NCBI GenBank assembly: GCA_963713655.1
Contig: CAVQMT010000046.1
Location: forward strand, 1,946 to 65,945
Reading direction: 5' to 3'
Source of the DNA: an uncultured Acidobacteriota bacterium
Lineage (GTDB): Bacteria; Acidobacteriota; Vicinamibacteria; Vicinamibacterales; UBA2999
Length of the DNA stretch: 64,000 bases
Shown: piece after piece, positions 26,873-40,430 of the stretch
Layout: every line of letters starts with the position of its first letter
How positions within the stretch are numbered: the first letter of the stretch is position 1
The notes under the pieces: generated by a model
Told to the model about the DNA's origin: nothing
What the model saw: only the letters and a program-made list of their open reading frames with translations
The model's database searches: none
Translations under genes and position numbers: made by a program

Positions 26873-28141
26873 GACGGCTCCCCCGCTGGCTTCAGGCGGC
26901 TCGCTATCGCATGCCCGGCCACCCAGCCCGACGACCACGCCCACTGGAAGTTGAACCCGCCCAGCCGGCCGTCCACATCCAGGATTTCTCCCACCAGGTA
27001 CAGGCCATCACACGTGCGGGACGCCATCGTGCGGTGATCGATCTCCTCGAGCGGCACACCGCCCGCGGTCACCTCGGCGTGGCTGTAGCCGCGGCTGTCT
27101 CGCACCTGAAGTGGCGTGCTCAGCAGGCCATCAATCAGTGCGCGCCTCTCGACGCGCGTCAAATGCGCCAGTGTCGCGTCGGGCGCGATGCCAGCCGCAG
27201 CCGTCCACGCGTCGGCGACGGCTGCGGGGAGGCGGCTGGCAAGCCCGGTGGCCACCTGCGCGCGCGGACGGTCGCGGGCCAGCGACTGCAGCCACGCCTC
27301 GAGTGAGCGCTGCGTCTCGCCTGGACACACGCTAAGCGACACCGCCACCCCGGTTCCTGCCGCCGCGGTGGCGCGATGCCAATGCCGGGACAGGTCGAGC
27401 GCCACCGGCCCGCTGATGCCGAAATGCGTCCACAGCAGCGATCCCGTCAGCACGATCAGCGATCGGGTGCCCTCACGCAGCGTCAACGTCGCCGGGTGCG
27501 ACCGGCCGGCCAGGCTCGCATGCCGGTCCCCGTCCAGGAGGAGCGGCGCCAGTGCCGGCGTGGTCGGCACGATCGTGTGACCAAGCGACTGCGCCAGGCC
27601 ATAGCCCACGCCGTCGCTCCCGGTTTTGGGCAACGAACGCCCGCCGGTCGCCAGCACCACTGCGGCGGCACCGACGACGCGTCCATCGGCGAGTTCGGCC
27701 GCGAACGATTCCTGTCGTCTGAGCGATGCGACCCGGGCGCCCGGCTGCACGGCGATCCCCAGGCGCCGGGCCTCTCCCAGCAGCGCATCGAGTACCGTGC
27801 GAGCACGATTCGTATCGGGAAACAGCTTGCCGTCCTCTTCCTCGTGCAGCGCGACGCCCAGCTCCTCGAAGAACGCGGCGGCGCGGGACGCCGGGAACGC
27901 GCGCAGGACGTGGCGGACAATGCGCGGCGACCCACCCCAGAAATCGTGCTCCGAAACGGTGGCGTTGGTGACGTTGCAGCGGGAGCCGCCGCTGACCAGG
28001 ATCTTTGCGCCGATGTGTGCTGGCACCGTCCAGGCACACGATGCGCAGCCGCGGCGCCGCACGAGCGGCGAAGATGGCGGTTGCCAAGCCGGCGGCCCCC
28101 GCGCCGACAATCGCCACGTCCCACGCCGCCGGCGGCGTCAC
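26869..28141 (-). CDS. FAD-dependent oxidoreductase, HI0933/BaiN-like, one frame break
   Basis: WDVAIVGAGAAGLATAIFAA is the dinucleotide fold, in the frame of ORF 27473..28285. It continues as AHIGAKILVSGGSRCNVTN...TGGRSLPKTGSDG...TAGGVPLEEID...GEILDVDGRLGGFNFQWAWSSG in ORF 26869..28110. The shift is at about 28020. Confidence 0.75.
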
Positions 28142-28365
28142 TCGGGCCGCGCGTGCTCGCGGCCCGGCATCAAGACGACGTGGCCGGGCTGGTGGTCGTC
28201 GCGGGTACAGCCGGAGCCACGCTCTACCAGCGTGCCTATGGTGCGCCCGAGAAAGTCGCGGCTCGTCTTGACGCGGCAACCGCACGTCAGCGCAGCGGTA
28301 TCTGGCTCGGCGGACGGCACGGTCTCATTGTACCGGCGGGCCCTGGCAGTACACTGGCAGTAGCC

Positions 28366-28590
28366 ATGGAGCCAGACACGTCGGATCCGGCGGTCTTGTG
28401 GCGGATGACGCGCGGCCGCAACACGGCGCACGCCACCGTGTTCCCGGGTCCGGACCGGGCGACAGTGACCTGGTTCATCGACGGACAGATGGACCGCGCC
28501 GAGAACTACGACTCGATGGAGCTGGCATTGGCCCGTGCCGAACACATCCGCAGCATCCTGGTCGAGGACGGCTGGAAGGACGTTGCCTAG
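28366..28590 (+). CDS. small hypothetical protein (74 aa)
   Basis: ATG 28366 inside track ORF 27376..28590: MEPDTSDPAVLWRMTRGRNTAHATVFPGPDRATVTWFIDGQMDRAENYDSMELALARAEHIRSILVEDGWKDVA. No motif recognised. Confidence 0.35.
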   Translation: MEPDTSDPAVLWRMTRGRNTAHATVFPGPDRATVTWFIDGQMDRAENYDSMELALARAEHIRSILVEDGWKDVA

Positions 28591-28618
28591 GGCTGAGGCC
28601 GTGGCAGAAAGTTCGCGG

Positions 28619-31311
<2,693 letters not shown>

Positions 31312-31340
31312 ATCACTAACGGATTCGCTATCATTGAGGC

Positions 31341-32610
31341 GTGCCAGTAACCGCCCGCCTCCACCGCACCGTCGGCGTGCGCGTCGGCCACGTACAGGTG
31401 GGCGGCGGAGCGCCGGTCGTCGTCCAGTCGATGACCATGACCGACACCGCCGACGCGGCCTCGCACGGCGCGGCAGTGCATCGAGCTGGCGGAGGCGGGC
31501 TCGGAGATGGTGCGGGTCACCGTGAACCTGCCCGAGGCAGCCGCCGCCGTCCCCGAGATCAAGCAGCGCATGCTCGACGCAGGCTGCACGGCGCCCCTCA
31601 TCGGCGACTTCCACTACAACGGGCACCTGCTGCTCACGCGCTTCCCGGACTGCGCGGCCGCGCTCGACAAATACCGTATCAACCCCGGCAACGTCGGCAC
31701 CGGGAAGCGGCGAGACGAGCAGTTCTCCACCATCTGCAAGGTGGCCGTGGATCATGGCAAGCCGGTCCGCATCGGCGTCAACGGCGGCTCGCTGAACCAG
31801 GAACTGGTGCTGGCGAAGATGCAGGAGAACACCGACCGCAACCTGGGCCGGACCTCGGAGGAGATCCTGAACGAGTGCATGGTGATCTCGGCGCTCGAGT
31901 CCACGTCGCTGGCGATCGAGTCGGGACTGCGCAAGGACCAGATCATCATCTCGTGCAAAGTGTCGCGGCCGCGAGACCTGCTGGCCATCTATCGCGATCT
32001 GGCGCGCAAGACCGACCAGCCCTTGCACCTCGGCCTCACCGAAGCCGGCATGGGCCAGAAGGGCCTGGTCTGGTCGGCCTCGGCGATGGCGATCCTGCTC
32101 AACGAAGGCATCGGCGACACCATCCGTGTCTCGTTGACGCCGCGGCCTGGCGGCGACCGCCGCGAGGAGGTCTACGCGGCCTGGGAGATCCTGCAGTCGC
32201 TGGGGCTGCGCTCGTTCTCGCCGAGCGTGACTGCCTGCCCTGGCTGCGGCCGCACCACGAGCAGCACGTTTCAGGAGCTGGCCGAGCGGACGCAGGAATA
32301 CATCCGCGAGCGCCTGCCGGAGTGGAAGACGCGGTACGAGGGCGTGGAGACGCTGACGCTGGCGGTGATGGGCTGCGTCGTAAACGGCCCCGGAGAATCG
32401 AAAGCGGCCAACATCGGCATCAGCCTGCCCGGTACCGGCGAGGCGCCCAACTGCCCGGTCTACATCGACGGCGAGCACGTCACCACGATGCGCGGCACCT
32501 ATGAGGAACTGGCGCAGGGGTTCCGCGCCCTGATCGACACCTACGTCGCGACGAAGTATCCGCCGAAAGGTTCTGCCCATGGACCGGCGTCGCTTCCTGG
32601 CGCTCACTAG
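31341..32610 (+). CDS. ispG: 4-hydroxy-3-methylbut-2-en-1-yl diphosphate synthase
   Basis: GTG 31341 gives ...VQVGGGAPVVVQSMT. After a shift at about 31460 it continues ...CIELAEAGSEMVRVTV... in ORF 31507..32610. Further motifs are YRINPGN, SCKVS, LHLGLTEAG, ACPGCGRT and VMGCVVNGPGE. Confidence 0.9.
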
Positions 32611-34024
32611 CGCCGCCGCCACCAGTGCGTTCGCCGGCCCGCTCGGCGCGCAGGCGCCGCCGGGCGACCTCACCGCCATGTCGATGGCGGAAGCGGCCGC
32701 TGCGATCCGGCGGCGTGCGGTGTCGCCGGTGGATCTGGTGCAGGCGTGCCTGCGCCGCATCGAGAAGCACAACCAGTCCCTGCACGCCTACATCACCGTG
32801 GTCGCCGACCAGGCGCTGGCCGAGGCGCGCACGATGGAGGCCGAGCAGCGCGCCGGCAAGTGGCGCGGGCCGCTCCACGGCGTGCCGATTGCGCTGAAGG
32901 ACAACATCGACACGGCCGGCGTGCGCAGCACCGGCGCGAGCCAGCTCTTCGACCAGCGCGTGCCGGCCGAGGACGCTGAGGTCGCACGGCGCCTGAAGCG
33001 CGCCGGAACGATTCTGCTCGGCAAGCTGAACCTCCACGAATTCGCCTACGGCGGCTCGTCCACCGTCACCCACTACGGCACGATGCACAACCCGTGGGCG
33101 CTCGACCGCGTGACCGGCGGGTCGTCAGGCGGTCCGGCCGTCGCTGTCGCCGCGAGCCTGTGCTACGCCTCGCTCGGCACCGACACCGCCGGCTCGGTGC
33201 GGATGCCGGCCAGCAACTGCGGCATCGTCGGGCTGAAGCCGACCTACGGCCGCGTGAGCACGCGCGGCGTGATGACGCTGTCGTGGACGCTCGATCACGT
33301 CGGTCCGATGACCAGGACCGTCGAGGACACGGCGATCCTGATGAACGTGATTGCGGGCTACGACGTGCTGGATCCGACCACCGCCGACGTGCCCGTGCCC
33401 GATTATACCCGGGCGCTCCGGCTGCCAACCGCGAAGCTGCGGCTCGGCATCCCGCGCAAGCCGTTCTTCGACAACCTGGATCCCGACGTCGAAGCCGCCG
33501 TCACGGCTGCGCTGGCCGTGCTGCGGCCGATCACGGCGAGCATGGCGGATGTCGAGCTGCCGGCCCGAGGCCGACCCGCCGCCGTCTGGGGGCCCGAGGC
33601 CTACGTCTACCACGCCAAGTGGATCGAGGAGTCGCCCGAAAAGTACCAGCCCGGCACCCGGCGGTCGCTCGAGGCCGGCAAGACCGCGAACGCCGCCGAC
33701 TACGTGCGCGCGGTTCGTGAAGTGGAAGACGCCCGGCGCGCCATCAAGACGCTGTTCGAGACCGTCGACGTGCTGGTGACGCCGACCATGAAGACGCCGG
33801 CGCCGCGGCTCGAGGGCGGACCGCCCGGAGGCGGCGGCAACAACAACGCGATCTTCGACGTCTACGGCCTGCCGACGATCTCGGTGCCGTGCGGCTTCTC
33901 GCGGGACGGGCTGCCCATCGGCCTGCAGCTGAGCGCCGCACACTGGGCGGAGCCGACCGTGCTGGCCCTGGCCCAGGCCTACGAGCGCGCCACCGACTGG
34001 CATCGCCGCCGTCCTCCGCTCTAG
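32579..34024 (+). CDS. amidase-signature family amidase with Tat-type signal
   Basis: MDRRRFLALTSAAATSAFA is the Tat-type signal. The AS motifs are GGSSGGPAVAVAA...GTDTAGSVRMPA. The gene is intact. Confidence 0.85.
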   Translation: MDRRRFLALTSAAATSAFAGPLGAQAPPGDLTAMSMAEAAAAIRRRAVSPVDLVQACLRRIEKHNQSLHAYITVVADQALAEARTMEAEQRAGKWRGPLHGVPIALKDNIDTAGVRSTGASQLFDQRVPAEDAEVARRLKRAGTILLGKLNLHEFAYGGSSTVTHYGTMHNPWALDRVTGGSSGGPAVAVAASLCYASLGTDTAGSVRMPASNCGIVGLKPTYGRVSTRGVMTLSWTLDHVGPMTRTVEDTAILMNVIAGYDVLDPTTADVPVPDYTRALRLPTAKLRLGIPRKPFFDNLDPDVEAAVTAALAVLRPITASMADVELPARGRPAAVWGPEAYVYHAKWIEESPEKYQPGTRRSLEAGKTANAADYVRAVREVEDARRAIKTLFETVDVLVTPTMKTPAPRLEGGPPGGGGNNNAIFDVYGLPTISVPCGFSRDGLPIGLQLSAAHWAEPTVLALAQAYERATDWHRRRPPL

Positions 34025-34031
34025 AGGGGAT

Positions 34032-34073
34032 GGTCTGCGGTCTACGAACGAAGACCGGAGACTGTAGTCGTTG
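34032..34073. repeat. degenerate heptamer-periodic repeats, about 6 units
   Basis: ggtctgc ggtctac gaacgaa gaccgga gactgta gtcgttg. The array starts 8 nt after the amidase stop. Confidence 0.6.
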
Positions 34074-34189
34074 GGCACAGCGTTTTTCAGCACCCTGCCG
34101 AAGAACAGCTCAGCTCGCGCGACGGCCGCGACCTGTGGCAGTGTTCGCCTCGCACTCGGCGCACGTTGAAGCGAGTGGGAGATCACTAG

Positions 34190-35083
34190 ATGGCAAAGGC
34201 AAAGAGACAGGCCGCCCGCACCGGGCTTCGTCGCAACTGCGGCGCCATGGCCGCGCACATGATGCTGCTCGAGAAGTACCCGGCCTTCCGATCGAACCAG
34301 TTGCGACTGGAAGGGGCCACCGCCCGCCGCCGCGAGATGAAGTACGAGCCCGCGAAGGCCAAGCTCATTACCATCAAGACCGTCGTCCACGTGGTCTACA
34401 AGACCGCCGATCAGAACATCTCGGACGCGCAGATCAAGAGCCAGATCACGGCACTCAACAAGGACTACCGCGCCAAGAACGCGGATCGCTCCAAGGTGCC
34501 GGTGCCGTGGAAGGGGCTGGTCACCGACGCGCGCATCCAGTTCAAGCTGGTCAAGGTCACCCGGACGAAGACGACCGTCGCGGGCTTCTCGCATGACGAC
34601 GGGGTCAAGAAAGCCGCCGGCGGCGGCATCGCGCCGATCACGCCGAAGACGCACATGAACATGTGGGTGTGCGCGCTGGGCGGCGGGCTGCTGGGCTATG
34701 CGCAGTTTCCGGGCGGGCCGGCGGAAACCGACGGCGTGGTAATCAACGTCCAGGCGTTCGGCACCCAGGGCACGGCGCAGGCGCCGTTCAACAAGGGCCG
34801 CACGGCCACGCACGAGGTGGGACACTACCTGAACCTGCGCCATATCTGGGGCGACACGCCGGACTGCAGCGGCTCGGACATGGTGGCGGACACACCAAAT
34901 TGCGCCGGCCCGAACTTCGGCGAGCCGACCTTCCCGGTGATTACCTGCGCCAACGGGCCCAATGGCGACATGTTCGTCAACTACATGGACTACACCGACG
35001 ACGCGGCGATGTTCATGTTGACCACGCAGCAGGTCCTGCGCATGCGGGCGGCGCTCGACACCGAGCGCAAGGGCCTCGTCTAG
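34190..35083 (+). CDS. M43B (ulilysin/pappalysin-like) zinc metalloprotease without signal peptide
   Basis: The motif is HEVGHYLNLRHIWGD (HExxHxxGxxH). YAQFPGGPAETDGVVI and NGPNGDMFVNYMDYTDD closely resemble ulilysin. The N-terminus MAKAKRQAARTGLRRNCG is basic and not hydrophobic, and carries a possible Cys-switch. Confidence 0.85.
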   Translation: MAKAKRQAARTGLRRNCGAMAAHMMLLEKYPAFRSNQLRLEGATARRREMKYEPAKAKLITIKTVVHVVYKTADQNISDAQIKSQITALNKDYRAKNADRSKVPVPWKGLVTDARIQFKLVKVTRTKTTVAGFSHDDGVKKAAGGGIAPITPKTHMNMWVCALGGGLLGYAQFPGGPAETDGVVINVQAFGTQGTAQAPFNKGRTATHEVGHYLNLRHIWGDTPDCSGSDMVADTPNCAGPNFGEPTFPVITCANGPNGDMFVNYMDYTDDAAMFMLTTQQVLRMRAALDTERKGLV

Positions 35084-35093
35084 CGAGCAGCCA

Positions 35094-35416
35094 GTGGACC
35101 CGTCGGCGATCTACGGCATCCGGTGGGTCCACGTCTTCGAGGAAGACACGGCCGAAGGACAGGTCTACAAGCCCGATTCGGGGCCGATTCCGCTGTCACG
35201 CCGGCCGCGCGAGGCCTTGACGCTGCGCGCCGACGGCTCGGCGACGGTCGAGGTGGGTGGGGCCGACGACCGTCCGGCCGCACGCAACGCCGCCTGGCGC
35301 TCCACCGCGAACGGGCTGGTCGTGGACGTGCCGGCGGGTGCCGGCAGGGGGTCTACAGAACTGCACGTCGTCCGGCATCGCCCGATAGGCTGGTGGTCGC
35401 GCCGTCGCGCGGCTGA
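35094..35416 (+). CDS. small hypothetical protein between the two protease genes, one frame break
   Basis: GTG 35094. IYGIRWVHVFEEDTAEGQVYKPD...STELHVVR is followed, after a shift at about 35375, by ...SPDRLVVAPSRG*, with the stop at 35414-35416. Confidence 0.4.
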
Positions 35417-35430
35417 GCCCCCACACGCCG

Positions 35431-37365
35431 ATGGCCAAAACCCGCCGCCCCGCCGCTCGTCGCCCGCCGGCCCGCGCCCGTAAGACCACCCGCCGCGCCG
35501 CCACCCCGGTCGCGCCGGCCACCCCGCCGTTCGAGATCAGCACGCGCGTCGCGCGCCAGGCGTTGACCCGGCCGTTTCAGCGCCTGCCCGGGGCACCGTC
35601 GTCGCGGCCGCTGCGGATCTACACGCTGGACCCATCGGTCTCTCACCGCATCGGCGGCGTCGCCACCGTGAACGTGCCCTACGAGAAAGTGGAGAAGGGA
35701 CCGCTCGGGGCGCTGTTCGAGATCGACACCACCGGCGCACCGGCGTCGTTGCGCGGTGAACCGCTGAACCTCGACGACCCCTACCTGCTGATGGCCGGCG
35801 GCCACGCGCCGTCACCCGGCAACGGCCAGTTCGCCGCGCAGATGACCTATGCGGTGTGCAGCCTGACCTACGCGGCGTTCCGCCGCGCGCTCGGCCGCGA
35901 CATCTCCTGGGCCTGCGACGCGCCCGAAGGCGGCGGCCGCATGCGCCTCATCGTCCGGCCGTTCGGGATGCGGCAGCGCAACGCCGGCTACTCGCGCGAG
36001 GGCGGCGACCTGTGCTTCGGCTATTTCCGCGCGGGCAAGAAGCCGGCCGGTTTCACGGTGTCGAAGGGGCTGATCTTCACCGCGCTGTCGCACGACGTGA
36101 TCGCGCACGAAACCACGCACGCGCTGCTGGACGGCCTGCGTTCGTCGTTCGCCGTGCCCACCAACCCCGACGTGCTGGCGTTCCACGAGGGCTTCGCCGA
36201 CCTGGTGGCGCTGTTCCTCCACTTCAGCTACCCCGGCGTCGTCGAGCAGGCGATCCGCGAGTCGCGCGGCGCGATCGCGCGCGGGTCGCTGCTGAGCGAC
36301 GTGGCCCGCGAGTTCGGCTACGCGCGGGCGCGCAACGGCGACGGAGCTGCCCTGCGCTCGGCAATCGACGTCGAGGGCGTGGCCGGCTACGACTCCGACG
36401 TACCGCCGGGCCAGGACGCGGGTCCGGTCAAGTACGATCCGACGCTCGAGCCGCACCAACTCGGGTCGGTGCTGGTGTCGGCCGTGTTCGAGGCGTTCGT
36501 CAGCGTGGTGCGACGCAAGGGTGACCGCCTGATTCGCATCGCCGGCCTGGACGCGCGCCAGGTTGGCCAGGCGCAGATGAGCGACGACCTGGTGCGTGCG
36601 CTGGCCCAGGAAGCGAGCGATGTCGCCGTGCGGTTCCTGGACATCTGCATCCGCGCCATCGACTACTGCCCGCCGGTCGACCTGGAGATGGGCGAGTACC
36701 TCCGGGCGCTGGTCACCGCCGACGCCGAGCTGGTGCACGACGACAAGTGGGGTTACCGCGAGGCGCTGATGCGGTCGTTCCGCCGGCGGCAGATCTTCCC
36801 CGACCACGTCGAGTTCATGACCGAGGACGCCGTGCGATGGCAGCATCCAGCGGCCGCGCTCCGGATCGCCGGCCTGGCCTTCGGCGACCTCCGCTTCTCG
36901 ACCGACCCGGGCATCCCGCCGGCGTCGAGGAACTGGAGCGGCAGGCGACCGTGCTGGGCACGTTCGTCACGCTGCCGGAGAACCAGCACCACTTTCAGCT
37001 GCTGGTGCCGGGCCGGCCGCTGCCGAAGGGCGTGACCTATGCCTCGCCGCCGATGGTCGAGAGCGTGCGCTGCGCCAAGCGCGTCTCGCCGGACGGACAC
37101 GTCGCGTTCGACCTGGTGGCCGAGGTCACCCAGTCGTGCACCGCGATGGTGGACGGCCAACTGGTCGAGTACCTGAGCGGCTGCACCGTGGTCATCGATC
37201 CGCACGGTGACGTGCGCTACGCGATCTACAAGCGGGCCGACAGCGCCAACCGCAAGGCGCGTCAGCTGGCGTCGATGAGCGGCGCGCTGAAGCGGTTCTG
37301 GGTCAAGCGCGGCAAGAAATTACGAGCTGCGCCGCGACGCGCTGCGCCTGCTACACGACGACTGA
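35431..37365 (+). CDS. thermolysin-like gluzincin (HExxH...HEGFAD) with Arg-rich leaderless N-terminus, two compensating frame breaks
   Basis: VIAHETTHALLDGLR...LAFHEGFADLVA has the spacing of thermolysin HExxH...NEAxSD. The N-terminus is MAKTRRPAARRPPARARKTTRR. Reading starts in frame 1 (ORF 35431..37035), moves to frame 0 at about 36920 (ORF 36747..37484 segment ...GVEELERQATVLGTFVTLPEN...), and returns to frame 1 at about 37318. It ends ...YELRRDALRLLHDD* at TGA 37363-37365. Confidence 0.65.
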
Positions 37366-37371
37366 TGTCCT

Positions 37372-37392
37372 GGAGCCCGGAGCCTGGAGCGG
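37372..37392. repeat. heptamer tandem repeat, 3 x GGAGC(C/G)N
   Basis: ggagccc ggagcct ggagcgg. They lie between convergent stops at 37365 and 37418. Confidence 0.9.
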
Positions 37393-37417
37393 CGCTACGC
37401 CGACCCACGCCCGACGC

Positions 37418-39053
37418 CTACGGCTTGGCCGGAGGCGTGATCGTCGGGTACGTGATCCCGAGCTGCTCGAGATACGTCTTGTAGCGCGTCGGGTCGTAGT
37501 AGAACTTCCGCAGCTCGGGGCGGAACCGCTCCAGCGTCTCCTTGTTCATCCACGTCGGCGGCGGCGTCTTCGCGTCCAGGAACGGCGTGTACTTCACGTC
37601 CTTGGTCTGGACGTCGTTGAAGTAGGTCCACGCCTCCTTGACGAGCTCGGGGCGCGTCAGCAGATCCAGGATCGTCATCGCCTGGACCTTGGCGCCCGCC
37701 ACCACGCCCTTGTGCGCGATCGGCGTGGCGCTGGCCACGGCGCTCGACCAGTTGTGGCCGGGCAGGCCGGGAATGTTCGCGGGATACCGCAGCGTCACCG
37801 TCGGCACGGTCCACGAGACGTCGCCGATGTCGTCGGAGCCGGCGCCGCGCTTGTCCTCGTCGCGCACCGGTCCCTGGAGCGGCCGCAGCATCGTGTCGAG
37901 GCCGTTCTGGTTGGTCGAGCCCGCCTCGCGCTGCACCGCCTTGGCCAGCCGCTGATCGTCGTCGCTCCACTGCGGCAGCCCGACCCGCTGCGCGTTGGCA
38001 TACATCGCCTCGGCCACCGGCTTGTTGAAATGCTGGGGCCACGCGGTGCCCACCAGCTGCGACGTCCACGTGGTGCTGGTCATCAGGCTGGCGCCCTCGG
38101 CCATCTTGTTGCCGAAGTCCCACATCTCCTTGATGTGCGGGTAGTCGGTCTCGCGGAAGTAGTACCAGACGGTGGCACGCGCCGGCACTACATTTGGCTG
38201 ATCGCCGCCGTCGGTGATCACGTAGTGCGAGCGCTGCTGGATGCGCAGGTGCTCGCGCTTGAAGTTCCAGGCCGCGTTCATCAGCTCCACGGCGTCCAGC
38301 GCGCTGCGGCCGCGATCGGGCGCGCCGGCGCTGTGCGCGGTCTCGCCGGTGAACGTGTACTGCACCGAGACCATGCCGGTCGCCCCGGTGCCGCCCCAGG
38401 AGACGTCCAGGTTCGCGCCGACGTGGGCGAACAGGCACACGTCCACGTCCTTGAACACGCCCTCGCGCACGAACCATGCCTTGGACGCGAGCAGCTCCTC
38501 GGCCACGCCGGGCCACAGCACCAGCGTCCCGGGCAGCTTGTCGCGCTCCATGATGCGCTTCACCGCCAGCGCCGCGATGATGTTGAGCGGCACGCCGGTG
38601 TTGTGGCCCTCGCCGTGTCCGGGCGCGCCTTCGATCAGCGGAGAGTGGCCCGACACGCCGGGCTTCTGCGACGCCTGCGGAATCCCGTCGATGTCCGAGC
38701 CCAGCGCGATCACCGGCTTGCCGCTGCCCCAGGTCGCCACCCAGGCCGTCGGCATCCCGGCGACGCCGCGGCGAATCGAGAAGCCGTTCTTCTCCAGCAC
38801 GGCGGTCAGGTACCGCGACGTCTCGACCTCCTGGAAACCCAGCTCGGCGAAGCTGAACACCGAGTCCACCATCTCCTGGGCCAGCTTGGCCATCTCGTCC
38901 ACGCGGCCGGCGGTCTCCTGCTTGTAGCCGTCGAGGCGCGCCGGCGATGCCGGTGGCGCCGTGTGCCGGCGGGGCCTGCGCCTGCACCAATGACGCGGCC
39001 AGCGTGACGCCGGCAAGGCACGCCCACGCGCGGCACGAGACCGTCCCATCCAC
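37418..39053 (-). CDS. M20-family amidohydrolase (AbgB-like), secreted, one frame break near 5' end
   Basis: The signal MDGTVSCRAWACLAGVTLAASLVQAQA is in ORF 37395..39053. The body is in ORF 37418..39082 and includes VIALGSDIDGIPQ, GHGEGHN and TGETAHSAG. The shift is at about 38935. Confidence 0.8.
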
Positions 39054-39119
39054 TCGCGTCGTTCCCGGCGGGGCCGTGTCATGCCGCGTGCTCCTTCGGT
39101 TGGCGAGAGAGAAAGCTCA

Positions 39120-40424
39120 TCATACGTCGTCTGTCCGCGACCTCATCAGACCGGACTCGCAGGAGGGCAGCTCGTTCGTAATGAGGCGCGCGCTTCGCTG
39201 ATACGTCAGATACGCCGCTGCCCAGCCGATCAACACCACCACCCGGTTGCGGAAGCCAATCAGCTTCAGCAGGTGCAGGAACAGCCACGCCAGCCACCCG
39301 ATCACGCCGGTCAGCTGCAACCAGCCCAAATCCGCGACGGCCGACCCGCGGCCGACAATCGCCATGTTGCCCAGGTCGCGGTAGACGAACGGCTGCGGCG
39401 GCAGGCCGGCGATGTGGCGGAGAATCGTCTTCGACGCGTGCACGGCGCCTTGCACCGCCGGCTGCACCACGCCCGGCAACAACGACCCGTCGGGCCGCTG
39501 CACGTGCGCGCCGTCGCCGACCACCCACACGTCCGGATGCCCCGGCACCGAGAGATCCGGCTTCACGACGACGCGGCCGGCCGCGTCGAGTGGCACGCCC
39601 AGGGTCTCCAGGAGCGGCGAGGCCCGCACGCCGGCGGCCCACACGACGGTGGCGGCGGTGATGCGCTCCACAGGAGCGTCCCCGGCCTGAACGTCCACGC
39701 CGTGCGCGTCGATGCCGACGACGCGCGTGCTCTCGCGCACCTCGATCCCGAGGCCCATGATCGATCGCCGCGCCGCGTCACGGAGCCCTGCCGGAAAGCT
39801 GGCCAGCATGGACGGGCCGGCTTCCACGATCACGATGCGCGCCTGCGAGGTGTCGATGGCGCGGAACTCGTGCCGCAGCGTGTGGCGGGCGATCTCGGCC
39901 AGCGTGCCGGCCAGCTCGACGCCGGTGGGCCCGCCGCCGACCATCACGAAGGTCAGCAGCTCGTCCCGCCGCGCCGGGTCGGGCTCGCGTTCTGCGCGCT
40001 CGAACGCCAGCAGGACGCGGCGGCGGATCGCGATGGCGTCTTCGAGCGTCTTCAGGCCAGGGGCGTGCCGTTCCCAGTCGGCGTGTCCGAAATAGGCGTG
40101 CCGGGCGCCGGGGGCCAGGATCAGGTAGTCGTAGCCGATCGGTGGACCATCCGCGACCATCACGCGGTGCGCCGCCAGGTCGATGGCCGTCACATCGCCC
40201 AGCAGGACGCGGACGTTGCGGGCACGCCGCAGGATCCAGCGAATCGGGGCGCCGATCTCCGCCGGCGACAGGCCGGCAGTCGCCACCTGGTACAGCAGCG
40301 GCTGGAAGACGTGATGGTTGCGGCGATCGACCAGCGTGACGCGCACCGGCTGGCCACGCAGGGTCTGGGCTGCCTTCAATCCCCCGAACCCGCCGCCAAC
40401 GATCACTACGTGTGGCGTCGTCAC
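39120..40424 (-). CDS. ndh: type II NADH:quinone oxidoreductase (NDH-2)
   Basis: GTG start. It has two dinucleotide folds, VVIVGGGFGGL and VMVGGGPTGVELAG. The gene is intact. Confidence 0.85.
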   Translation of the reverse strand: MTTPHVVIVGGGFGGLKAAQTLRGQPVRVTLVDRRNHHVFQPLLYQVATAGLSPAEIGAPIRWILRRARNVRVLLGDVTAIDLAAHRVMVADGPPIGYDYLILAPGARHAYFGHADWERHAPGLKTLEDAIAIRRRVLLAFERAEREPDPARRDELLTFVMVGGGPTGVELAGTLAEIARHTLRHEFRAIDTSQARIVIVEAGPSMLASFPAGLRDAARRSIMGLGIEVRESTRVVGIDAHGVDVQAGDAPVERITAATVVWAAGVRASPLLETLGVPLDAAGRVVVKPDLSVPGHPDVWVVGDGAHVQRPDGSLLPGVVQPAVQGAVHASKTILRHIAGLPPQPFVYRDLGNMAIVGRGSAVADLGWLQLTGVIGWLAWLFLHLLKLIGFRNRVVVLIGWAAAYLTYQRSARLITNELPSCESGLMRSRTDDV

Positions 40425-40430
40425 ACGCCG

